Made by a program: the position numbers and the translations under genes. A stretch of DNA of 41,774 nucleotides from an uncultured Muribaculaceae bacterium (GTDB lineage Bacteria > Bacillota_I > Bacilli_A > RF39 > UBA660), in the NCBI GenBank assembly GCA_964591225.1, contig CAZQAO010000002.1, forward strand, positions 1 to 41,774, written 5' to 3'. The notes under the pieces were generated by a model, which was given only the letters and a program-made list of their open reading frames with translations, did no database searches and was not told the DNA's origin. Positions 26,494-33,788 of this stretch are shown one piece after another (the stretch's first letter is position 1; every line of letters begins with the position of its first letter).

Positions 26494-27156
26494 ATGCCAA
26501 GAAGAATAGGATTGATTTTAATAAGTATGTTGCTTTTTTTTCTGTTTTTAGAAGGAATTTTTATTCCTAATTATAATAAGTATTTTCCTAAAATATTAGA
26601 AGAAACCCAAGTAGTTCGCGAAGAAGTTTTAAAAGCTAAAGAAGAAAAATTAATCGCTAGTTATAATTATGATGATTACTTAGATTATTCTTTAGAATAT
26701 AGTAAAGTTCTATTTCGAGATATATATCATTTAAATAAAGAAATAACTATATATAAAGGTACTGAAGAAAATATTAAAAAGAATAATTTAGTTATTAATC
26801 AAGATGGGTTAGTAGGTATTGTTACTAAAGTAAAAAAACATAGTAGTCAAGTGGCTTTGCTTACTAATGAGCATACGAGTATGTCTGTTAAAGTAAATGA
26901 GTCTTATGGAATATTAAAGTGTAAGAATCAAAAATTAATTGTGGAAGGAATAGATAATAAACAAGAAATTCATATTGGAGATAAAGTAACTACTAGTGAT
27001 TTATCTATTTATCCGGAACAAATATTTATTGGAACTGTCGCTAATATTACTTTAGATCCTTATGAAATAGAACAACAATTAGAAATTAAATCTAATGTTA
27101 ATTTTGATAATCTTAGTTATCTTGGTATTTTAACAGAACTAAGAGGTGCAGAATGA
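26494..27156 (+). CDS. mreC: Rod shape-determining protein MreC
   Basis: N-terminal TM, a coiled coil, then beta-rich domains (GLVGIVTKV..HSSQVALLTN, GDKVTTSD...PEQIFIGTV). ATG 26494 follows SD AAGGTGG. The track start 26392 lies inside radC. Confidence 0.88.
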   Translation: MPRRIGLILISMLLFFLFLEGIFIPNYNKYFPKILEETQVVREEVLKAKEEKLIASYNYDDYLDYSLEYSKVLFRDIYHLNKEITIYKGTEENIKKNNLVINQDGLVGIVTKVKKHSSQVALLTNEHTSMSVKVNESYGILKCKNQKLIVEGIDNKQEIHIGDKVTTSDLSIYPEQIFIGTVANITLDPYEIEQQLEIKSNVNFDNLSYLGILTELRGAE

Positions 27157-27533
27157 TACTAGTATATTTATTTTTAGATTTATTTTTTTATAATTATACT
27201 TCTTTTGCTAGTTGTTTTTTTCTCTTAGCTTTATTTAATAAACAACCCTTTTATTATATTTTCTTCATAAGTATAATTTTTGATATTTTCTTTTGGCATA
27301 CTTCTTTTATCTATCCTTTACTAATAAGTATTTTATATTTGATAGTTAAAATTATAAAGGGTACTTATCAAAGTACTTATTCGTTACTTAGAACTTATTT
27401 ATTACTTAGTGGGGTATTTTTAATATTTAGTGCTTGTTTTTATCAAGAGTGGTTAATTTATTTACCAGGACTTATTCTTAATTTATTTATCTTATTAATT
27501 GGTGCTAAAATAGTTCGTTATTTCATAAAATAG
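27153..27533 (+). CDS. mreD: Rod shape-determining protein MreD
   Basis: A small polytopic membrane protein whose start overlaps the mreC stop (ATGA), in the conserved position. Confidence 0.75.
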   Translation: MILVYLFLDLFFYNYTSFASCFFLLALFNKQPFYYIFFISIIFDIFFWHTSFIYPLLISILYLIVKIIKGTYQSTYSLLRTYLLLSGVFLIFSACFYQEWLIYLPGLILNLFILLIGAKIVRYFIK

Positions 27534-27547
27534 TCTAGGTGAGAAAA

Positions 27548-28162
27548 ATGGATCCTTGTTTAGAAACCCAGAATCGAATCAAAAATAAAAGACAAGTTTT
27601 AATTAGTGGTCAAAAAAAAGAAAGTAAAAGATCTAATTATATTTCTAATTTATTTACGAGAACTTTAATTAGTGTCATTTTAGTTTTATTATGTGCCATT
27701 TTTGTTAATCTAAAAGATGAAAATTTATTATTTTTTAAAGAAAAATTATTTCAAGATACTTTATCTTTTCAAAAAATAAATGCTTGGTATACAAAATATT
27801 TTGGTTCCATTTTACCTTTAGAAAAAACAGACAATACAACTGCTGTTTTTCAATCTGATGCTATGTATCAAAATATAGAGCCTTATGCGGATTCTTATAA
27901 AGCGACGATAAATGGTCCAGCGGTGTTTTTAGAAAGTGGGATTATTGTTTTTTTAGGGGAGAAAGAAAATTTAGGAAATACGGTTATTGTTCAAGGTATT
28001 GATGGCGTTGATATTTGGTATTCTAATATAACTACTAATGATTTAACTTTATATGATTATGTTGAAAAGGATAGTATTGTGGGAGATGCCAATAATAATG
28101 AAATTATTTTTACTTTTATGGAAAATGGCAATTACATAGGCTATGAAAAATATATTTCCTAA
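27548..28162 (+). CDS. SpoIVFA-like membrane protein with a degenerate LytM/M23 domain
   Basis: N-terminal TM plus a C-terminal M23-like fold (GIIVFLGEKENLGNTVIVQGIDGVDIWYSNI...DYVEKDSIVGDA). The Zn-ligand His positions are replaced by Q, N and F. It sits immediately upstream of, and overlaps, spoIVFB, as in Bacillus. Confidence 0.6.
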   Translation: MDPCLETQNRIKNKRQVLISGQKKESKRSNYISNLFTRTLISVILVLLCAIFVNLKDENLLFFKEKLFQDTLSFQKINAWYTKYFGSILPLEKTDNTTAVFQSDAMYQNIEPYADSYKATINGPAVFLESGIIVFLGEKENLGNTVIVQGIDGVDIWYSNITTNDLTLYDYVEKDSIVGDANNNEIIFTFMENGNYIGYEKYIS

Positions 28163-28922
28163 AATATATATTCATCCCTCAACCTATATTTTTATCATGA
28201 CATTTTTATTGACCGGTCATATCAAATCAATCTTACTTATATTAAGTATTATTCTTATTCATGAATGGGGTCATATTTTAATTAATAGTTTTTTTCATTA
28301 TCCTATTAATCAGGTTACTATCTATCCTTTTGGGGGTTTAACCAAAACAACTAAATTTATGAATACACCGATTAATCATGATATTCTTATTTATTTAGGG
28401 GGTTTCTTGGCGCAATTTATTTTATTATTTGTTTTTTATTTATTTTATCGAATAGATGTTATTCATTTAACTACTTATCAATTATTTAAAACCTATAATA
28501 AAGCTATCTTAGTTTTTAATATGTTGCCGATTCGCCCTTTGGATGGGGGCGAGTTAGTAAGATTATTTTTAGAAAAGTTTCTGCCTTTTGCCAAAGCTCA
28601 AAGTGTCGCTAATGGCATATCAGTTCTAAGTTTAGTTATATTTATTTTACTGAATTATACTTATAGTTTAAATAATTATTTAATTTGTATGTTATTAATG
28701 GTTAAGTTATATGATGTTATTAAAACTAAGTCATTTGTTCAAAATAAATTTTATTTAGAACGCTGTTTATATACCTTTCCCTATCAGCGTATTCGTTATG
28801 AAAAAGATAAAAATATTAAAGCTTTAAGAAAGGATACAAGACATTATTTTTGGGAAGGAAATACCTATATTTCAGAGAAGAAAATATTACAAGAGAAATT
28901 TGACATTCCCTATAATTTTTGA
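28143..28922 (+). CDS. spoIVFB: Site-2 (M50B) intramembrane metalloprotease, SpoIVFB-type
   Basis: HEWGH (HExxH) in a TM helix, NMLPIRPLDGG (the NxxPxxxLDG motif), and the conserved spoIVFA-spoIVFB-rplU synteny. Confidence 0.8.
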   Translation: MKNIFPKIYIHPSTYIFIMTFLLTGHIKSILLILSIILIHEWGHILINSFFHYPINQVTIYPFGGLTKTTKFMNTPINHDILIYLGGFLAQFILLFVFYLFYRIDVIHLTTYQLFKTYNKAILVFNMLPIRPLDGGELVRLFLEKFLPFAKAQSVANGISVLSLVIFILLNYTYSLNNYLICMLLMVKLYDVIKTKSFVQNKFYLERCLYTFPYQRIRYEKDKNIKALRKDTRHYFWEGNTYISEKKILQEKFDIPYNF

Positions 28923-29030
28923 TAGAATTTAAGCGTTTGGAAAGGGCTTTCCTTTCGAAAACCGCATGGAAAAGGTTTAAAAACATTTTTGTTACCTTAA
29001 CAGCGAGTCTTAAAAGTGAGGAGGTTAGAA
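28923..29030 (+). promoter_or_regulatory. Candidate rplU leader (L21-leader-like structured 5' UTR)
   Basis: A 108-nt gap upstream of rplU contains hairpins (GAAAGG-GCTTT-CCTTTC; AAACC-GCATGGAAAA-GGTTT). Firmicutes carry an autoregulatory leader in this position. It was not matched to a covariance model. Confidence 0.3.
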
Positions 29031-29333
29031 ATGAAAGCTATATTCGTTACCGGTGGTAAACAATATTATGTCGAAGAGGGCGATACAATTTATGTAGAGA
29101 AATTAAACGCTCCCGTTGGTAGTGATGTTGAGTTTAAAGAAGTTTTATTTGCAGATGGTAAAGTAGGTACTCCCTACGTAGATAATGCCAAAGTAGTTTG
29201 TACAGTTGAAAAACATGGTAAACAAAAGAAAATTGTGGTATTTAAATATAAACCTAAAAAGAAATATCGGAATACTCAAGGTCATAGACAACCTTATACA
29301 AAACTAGTTGTTAAAAAGATTCAAGTGAAATAA
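29031..29333 (+). CDS. rplU: 50S ribosomal protein L21
   Basis: [18 protein letters not shown]...; ATG 29031 follows SD GAGGAGG. Confidence 0.95.
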   Translation: MKAIFVTGGKQYYVEEGDTIYVEKLNAPVGSDVEFKEVLFADGKVGTPYVDNAKVVCTVEKHGKQKKIVVFKYKPKKKYRNTQGHRQPYTKLVVKKIQVK

Positions 29334-29334
29334 A

Positions 29335-29655
29335 ATGATTCAAGTAACGTATCAAAAAGAAAATAATTATTTTAAACGAATTATTATCAAAGGACATGCT
29401 GGTTATGCCCAATACGGTTATGATATTGTTTGTTCATCCGTATCTAGTATTATAACTACTTCGATAAATGGTATTTTAAGTTTAGATGAAAATGCTTTAG
29501 AAGTAACTGATAATGGTCAAGAAATGATAATTAAGGTTTTAAAAAAAGATGAGATTACAACTAAATTATTAGAGAATATGTTTATGTTATTCGAAGAGTT
29601 AGAAAAACAATATCCTAAAAATATAACAATACGAAAGGAGAAAAACCAATGTTAA
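29335..29655 (+). CDS. prp: Ribosomal-processing cysteine protease Prp (L27 N-terminal maturation)
   Basis: [18 protein letters not shown] carries the His/Cys dyad context. The gene lies between rplU and rpmA. Confidence 0.88.
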   Translation: MIQVTYQKENNYFKRIIIKGHAGYAQYGYDIVCSSVSSIITTSINGILSLDENALEVTDNGQEMIIKVLKKDEITTKLLENMFMLFEELEKQYPKNITIRKEKNQC

Positions 29656-29933
29656 AATTTGCTTTAAATATTCAACGTTTTGCTCATATTAAAGCTCAAG
29701 GTTCTACTAAGAATGGTCGAGATAGTGCTGGTAGACGGTTAGGAGCTAAAGCTAGCGATGGCGAGTTTGTGACCGCCGGAAGTATTATTTATCGTCAAAG
29801 AGGAACTAAAATATATCCGGGAGCAAATGTTGGAATGGGAAAAGATCATACCCTTTTTGCTAAAATAGATGGAATAGTTAGATTTGAAAGAGCAGGAAGA
29901 ACTAAAAAGAAAGCAAGCGTTTACGAAAAGTAG
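29649..29933 (+). CDS. rpmA: 50S ribosomal protein L27 with a cleavable N-terminal extension
   Basis: [26 protein letters not shown]...; the conserved L27 core follows. Confidence 0.95.
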   Translation: MLKFALNIQRFAHIKAQGSTKNGRDSAGRRLGAKASDGEFVTAGSIIYRQRGTKIYPGANVGMGKDHTLFAKIDGIVRFERAGRTKKKASVYEK

Positions 29934-29958
29934 ACGTTTTTTTATAGTAAGAAAGTAT

Positions 29959-29987
29959 TTGCAAAAAAAACATATATTTGTTATAAT
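29959..29987 (+). promoter_or_regulatory. Sigma-A type promoter for rplS
   Basis: TTGCAA (29959-29964), a 17-nt spacer containing TG, then TATAAT (29982-29987). Confidence 0.65.
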
Positions 29988-29993
29988 GAATCT

Positions 29994-30065
29994 GTTTTTT
30001 AGCATGTAATCCGCTGAAATAGACTTTTATGATTACAGTAGATAGTATTAGAAAGGAAGAAAACG
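29994..30065 (+). promoter_or_regulatory. Candidate rplS leader (L19-leader-like hairpin)
   Basis: 7-bp stem TGTAATC / GATTACA (30005-30011 and 30031-30037) between the promoter and the SD. It was not matched to a covariance model. Confidence 0.3.
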
Positions 30066-30425
30066 ATGGCTAATTTAGTAGATAAAATTAATAAAAAACA
30101 TATGAAACCTGATATTCCGGAATTTCGTGTCGGTGATATTGTCCGCGTCGATGTTTGGGTAAAAGAAGGTAAAAAAGAAAGAATCCAAGCCTTTGAAGGT
30201 ATTGTCATTGCCAAAAAAGGAAGTGGCGTATCCGAAACTTTTTCAGTCCGAAAAAAAAGTGGTAGCGTTGGGGTAGTGAGAGTTTTCCCAGTAAATGCTC
30301 CGACCATTGACAAGATTACAGTAATTAAAAAAGGTATGGTTCGTCGGGCTAAATTGAACTTTATTAAAGATATGCGTAAAGAATATAAAGTTAAAGAAAG
30401 AAATAGCATAGTTAAGGAAGCCTAA
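30066..30425 (+). CDS. rplS: 50S ribosomal protein L19
   Basis: PEFRVGDIVRVDVWVKEGKKERIQAFEGIVIAKKG. Confidence 0.95.
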   Translation: MANLVDKINKKHMKPDIPEFRVGDIVRVDVWVKEGKKERIQAFEGIVIAKKGSGVSETFSVRKKSGSVGVVRVFPVNAPTIDKITVIKKGMVRRAKLNFIKDMRKEYKVKERNSIVKEA

Positions 30426-30439
30426 AAGCTTCTTTTTTT
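30417..30439 (+). terminator. Intrinsic terminator after rplS
   Basis: Stem GAAGC / GCTTC followed by T7. It overlaps the stop codon. Confidence 0.6.
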
Positions 30440-30491
30440 GTTTTATATAACTCTTACTTGTTGTATAATGGATTTAGAAAGGAAAATACTA

Positions 30492-30986
30492 ATGAAAGAA
30501 AAAATAATCAAGAATTTGAAAGAATTATTTCCTTATATTTTAATTTTGGTTGCTATTGCTTTAATAAGAGCTTTTGTGGCGACACCCATTAAAGTAAATG
30601 GTAATTCTATGTATGATACTTTAAATGGCAAAGAATTTATGATTTTGAATAAACTAGGTAAAATTGATCGCTATGATATTGTTGTCGTAGATACCAAAGA
30701 AGAAGAATTAATTAAAAGAGTTTATGGAATGCCTGGAGAGAAAATAGCTATAGAAAATGGTAATATTTATATAAATGATAAAAAAATAGAAGATAAATAT
30801 GCTTACGGAAATACTAGTAGTTATGATGCTATCACTTTAAAAGATGATGAATATTTTGTTTTAGGTGACAATCGCGTTGTATCTTTAGATAGTCGGATGA
30901 TTGGACCAGTAAAAAAGAAAAATATTAGGGGTACAACCAACTTTATTTTATATCCTTTTAGTAGATTTGGTACTTTAGAAAAGTAA
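30492..30986 (+). CDS. lepB: Signal peptidase I
   Basis: NGNSMYDTL (catalytic Ser), KRVYGMPGE (catalytic Lys) and GDNRVVSLDSR. ATG 30492 is preferred because the track's upstream ATGs fall inside a TATAAT box (30464-30469). Confidence 0.92.
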   Translation: MKEKIIKNLKELFPYILILVAIALIRAFVATPIKVNGNSMYDTLNGKEFMILNKLGKIDRYDIVVVDTKEEELIKRVYGMPGEKIAIENGNIYINDKKIEDKYAYGNTSSYDAITLKDDEYFVLGDNRVVSLDSRMIGPVKKKNIRGTTNFILYPFSRFGTLEK

Positions 30987-31036
30987 GGGTTTATTTAAAT
31001 TAAAAAGAAATTGCTTAAAAATAGCAGGTGATTAGC

Positions 31037-31387
31037 ATGAAATATGAGATGCATTTAAATGATGGACCATTTAATCAAATTAAAAATGGTACTAAAACAA
31101 TTGAATTACGATTAAATGATGAAAAAAGACGATTATTAAAAGCCCATGATTTAATAGAGTTTATTAACTTAACAACATCAGAAACTATTTTAACGGAAAT
31201 AATAAATTTATATCAATATGCTAATTTTTTAGAGTTATATAAATATTGTGATAAAACTAAAATGGGTTATAAAATAGATGAGGATGCTAGTTATAAAGAT
31301 ATGGAAAAATATTATAATGAAGAAGACGAAACAAAGTACGGCGTTTTAGGAATTGAATTAAAATTAGTTAAAAAAGAAGAAAAATAA
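31037..31387 (+). CDS. ASCH-domain protein
   Basis: The size (116 aa) and the N-terminal pattern FNQIKNGTKTIELRLNDEKRR..L..GD-like fit the ASCH (PF04266) fold. Confidence 0.6.
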   Translation: MKYEMHLNDGPFNQIKNGTKTIELRLNDEKRRLLKAHDLIEFINLTTSETILTEIINLYQYANFLELYKYCDKTKMGYKIDEDASYKDMEKYYNEEDETKYGVLGIELKLVKKEEK

Positions 31388-31426
31388 CTGATAATAATAA
31401 GTTTTTTATAACTATCTTAGGAAAAG

Positions 31427-31457
31427 AAAATATCTTAGTAAAATGATATTTTTTTTA
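31427..31457 (+). terminator. Intrinsic terminator after the ASCH gene
   Basis: 8-bp stem AAAATATC / GATATTTT (31427-31434 and 31445-31452), followed by T5. Confidence 0.55.
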
Positions 31458-31461
31458 ATGG

Positions 31462-31498
31462 AAGTTACCTCTATAAGTTAAAATAATATATTATAATA
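31462..31498 (+). repeat. Direct repeat copy A (promoter-containing, includes TATAAT 31492-31497)
   Basis: AAGTTACCTCTATAAGTTAAAATAATATATTATAATA matches 32200..32236 at 34 of 37 positions (hand alignment). Confidence 0.7.
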
Positions 31499-31553
31499 TT
31501 CTCTTAAGGAGAACTTAGAGAAAAATTAGTAGTTTGAATAGGGAGGAATTATT

Positions 31554-32189
31554 TTGGAATACATTAAAAAGGAATTAAAAGATTATATAGAAAATAATAT
31601 ATTTCCCTTATATCAGAAAAATGATTCAGGACATAATCTTGAACATATAAAATATGTTATTAAAAGAAGTATAGAATTTTCTAAACAATATGATGATATT
31701 GATTTAAATATGGTTTATACAATTGCCTCATTTCATGATATAGCTCATTATATTGATAAAGATAAGCATGAAGTATTATCAGCAGATATATTTTATCAAA
31801 ATAAAGAAATGAAAAAATTCTTTAATGAGGAAGAAAGAATAATAATTAAAGAAGCGATTGAAGATCATAGAGCAAGTTTAGAATATGAACCTAGAAGTGA
31901 TTATGGTAAGATTGTTTCATCGGCGGATAGAAATACTGATTTAGACTCAGCATTAAAAAGAATACATTCTTATACAATTACACATTATCCTCACTTAGAC
32001 TTGGATGGAATGATTAATAGAGCTTATGAGTATGTCATAAAAAAATTTGGTGTCGATGGTTATGCTAAAATGTATTGTTATGATAAAGAATATGAAGACT
32101 TTAAAAAAGAGGTAAAGGAATTATTAAAAAGTAAATCTGCATTTGCTGCAAAATATATGCAAGTAAATAATATTACCAATATTAAATAA
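31554..32189 (+). CDS. HD-domain phosphohydrolase
   Basis: H...HD metal-binding pattern (HNLEHIKYV; ASFHDIAHY; EDHRAS; SSADR). TTG start with SD AGGGAGG 7 nt upstream. Confidence 0.75.
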   Translation: MEYIKKELKDYIENNIFPLYQKNDSGHNLEHIKYVIKRSIEFSKQYDDIDLNMVYTIASFHDIAHYIDKDKHEVLSADIFYQNKEMKKFFNEEERIIIKEAIEDHRASLEYEPRSDYGKIVSSADRNTDLDSALKRIHSYTITHYPHLDLDGMINRAYEYVIKKFGVDGYAKMYCYDKEYEDFKKEVKELLKSKSAFAAKYMQVNNITNIK

Positions 32190-32199
32190 AATTTGGATT

Positions 32200-32236
32200 A
32201 AGTTATCTTTATAAGTTAAAATAATATGTTATAATA
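32200..32236 (+). repeat. Direct repeat copy B (promoter-containing, TGtTATAAT 32227-32235) upstream of rbgA
   Basis: AAGTTATCTTTATAAGTTAAAATAATATGTTATAATA matches copy A at 34 of 37 positions. Confidence 0.7.
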
Positions 32237-32289
32237 GATAAGAAATATCCTCGATTTTAGAATAACAATAACGCGAAAGAAGTGATTTG

Positions 32290-33132
32290 ATGAATAATTC
32301 AGATATAAACTGGTATCCAGGTCATATGGCTAAAACGAGAAGATTAATTCAAGAAAAGTATCCGTTAATTGATATCGTCTATGAACTAATTGATGCCAGA
32401 ATACCTTATTCTTCTAAAATTAAAGATATCTATGATTTAATTTTAGATAAACCTAAAATTATGATTATGACTAAAAAAGATTTATGTGATCTTAATGTTA
32501 CTATGAATTGGGTTAAGTACTATGAGAATTTAGGAGTTAAAGTTTTATTAGTTAATTTAAAAGAAGATAAGGATTTGAAAAAAATTATTGAAGTAACCGA
32601 AGAACTAACTAAAGATATCCAAGAAAAAAGAGCCAGTAAAAAAATGAAAGAGAAAGAAATAAGAGCTTTAGTAATTGGCATACCTAATGTTGGTAAAAGT
32701 ACACTTATTAATAAACTGGTGGGCCGACATGTAGCTGATGTTGGCAATAACCCCGGAGTAACTCAACATTTAAAATGGTTAAAAACTCCTTATAATATAT
32801 GGCTTTTAGATACTCCAGGTATTTTATGGCCGAAACTTAATGAAGAAAAAGTAGCTTTGAATTTAGCAGCGATGACGAGTATTAAACAAGAAATTTTACC
32901 TATCGAAGATGTTGCAGTGCATATTCTTAAAATGTTAGCTGAATATTATCCTAAGATTTTAAAAGAAAGATATCAATTAGATTCCGTAGAAGATATAGAA
33001 GCAGCTTATGAGGTTATCGGGCGCAATATGGGAGCTATTAAACATGGTGAAGTCGATTATGAAAAAGTAAGTAAAAAAATTGTCAATGATATGAAAATGG
33101 AATATATAAAAGGAGTTACGTTCGATCGTTAA
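32290..33132 (+). CDS. rbgA: Ribosome biogenesis GTPase A (YlqF/RbgA, circularly permuted GTPase)
   Basis: INWYPGHMAKTRR, with G4 TKKD lying before G1 GIPNVGKSTLINKL, and DTPGILWP. Confidence 0.93.
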   Translation: MNNSDINWYPGHMAKTRRLIQEKYPLIDIVYELIDARIPYSSKIKDIYDLILDKPKIMIMTKKDLCDLNVTMNWVKYYENLGVKVLLVNLKEDKDLKKIIEVTEELTKDIQEKRASKKMKEKEIRALVIGIPNVGKSTLINKLVGRHVADVGNNPGVTQHLKWLKTPYNIWLLDTPGILWPKLNEEKVALNLAAMTSIKQEILPIEDVAVHILKMLAEYYPKILKERYQLDSVEDIEAAYEVIGRNMGAIKHGEVDYEKVSKKIVNDMKMEYIKGVTFDR

Positions 33133-33788
33133 TGAAAGAGGATTTATTAAAGTATGAAAAAGAGTTGTATCAGCAAGGAATTAATCTTATTGCTGGTGTC
33201 GATGAAGTAGGAAGAGGACCTTTAGTAGGACCAGTAGTAGCAGCAGCTGTTATTTTACCTAAGAATTATCAATTAGAAGGTTTAACAGATTCTAAAAAAC
33301 TAAGTGCCAAAAAACGGGATTACTTTTATGATATTTTAACGAAAGATGCCATTGCCATTGGTATTGGTGAAGTATCAGCTCAAAAAATAGATGAAGTAAA
33401 TATTTATCAAGCTAGTAAATTAGCTATGCAAGAAGCTCTAAGTAAATTAGAAATTAAACCCGAACATGTTTTAATAGATGCAATGCCTTTGGATTTAGAT
33501 GTGCCTTCAACGAGTATTATTCATGGCGATGCCTTATCTTTATCCATAGCAGCCGCTAGTGTTATTGCCAAAGTTACACGTGATCGCCTGATGTTAGAAC
33601 TACATCAACAGCATCCAGAATATCATTTTGATCAACATAAAGGTTATCCAACTAAATTGCATTTAGAATGTTTAAAAAAATATGGACCGCTAGAAAATTA
33701 TAGATTTACATATAAGCCGGTTCGTGATTTAATATTAGATGGTGGCGAAGTATATCATGAAAAAAATAGGGAAAAACAAACTATTTAA
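33132..33788 (+). CDS. rnhB: Ribonuclease HII
   Basis: GVDEVGRGPLVGPVVAAAV, DSKKLS and ASVIAKVTRD. It lies in the conserved position after rbgA. Confidence 0.94.
   Translation: MKEDLLKYEKELYQQGINLIAGVDEVGRGPLVGPVVAAAVILPKNYQLEGLTDSKKLSAKKRDYFYDILTKDAIAIGIGEVSAQKIDEVNIYQASKLAMQEALSKLEIKPEHVLIDAMPLDLDVPSTSIIHGDALSLSIAAASVIAKVTRDRLMLELHQQHPEYHFDQHKGYPTKLHLECLKKYGPLENYRFTYKPVRDLILDGGEVYHEKNREKQTI

Noticed and set aside
29739-30409. Two minus-strand ORFs (29739..30005 and 29999..30409), antisense to rpmA and rplS.
   Set aside because: They lie fully opposite highly conserved ribosomal protein genes and a promoter and leader. Their products are low-complexity and hydrophobic, as is typical of antisense frames in AT-rich DNA.
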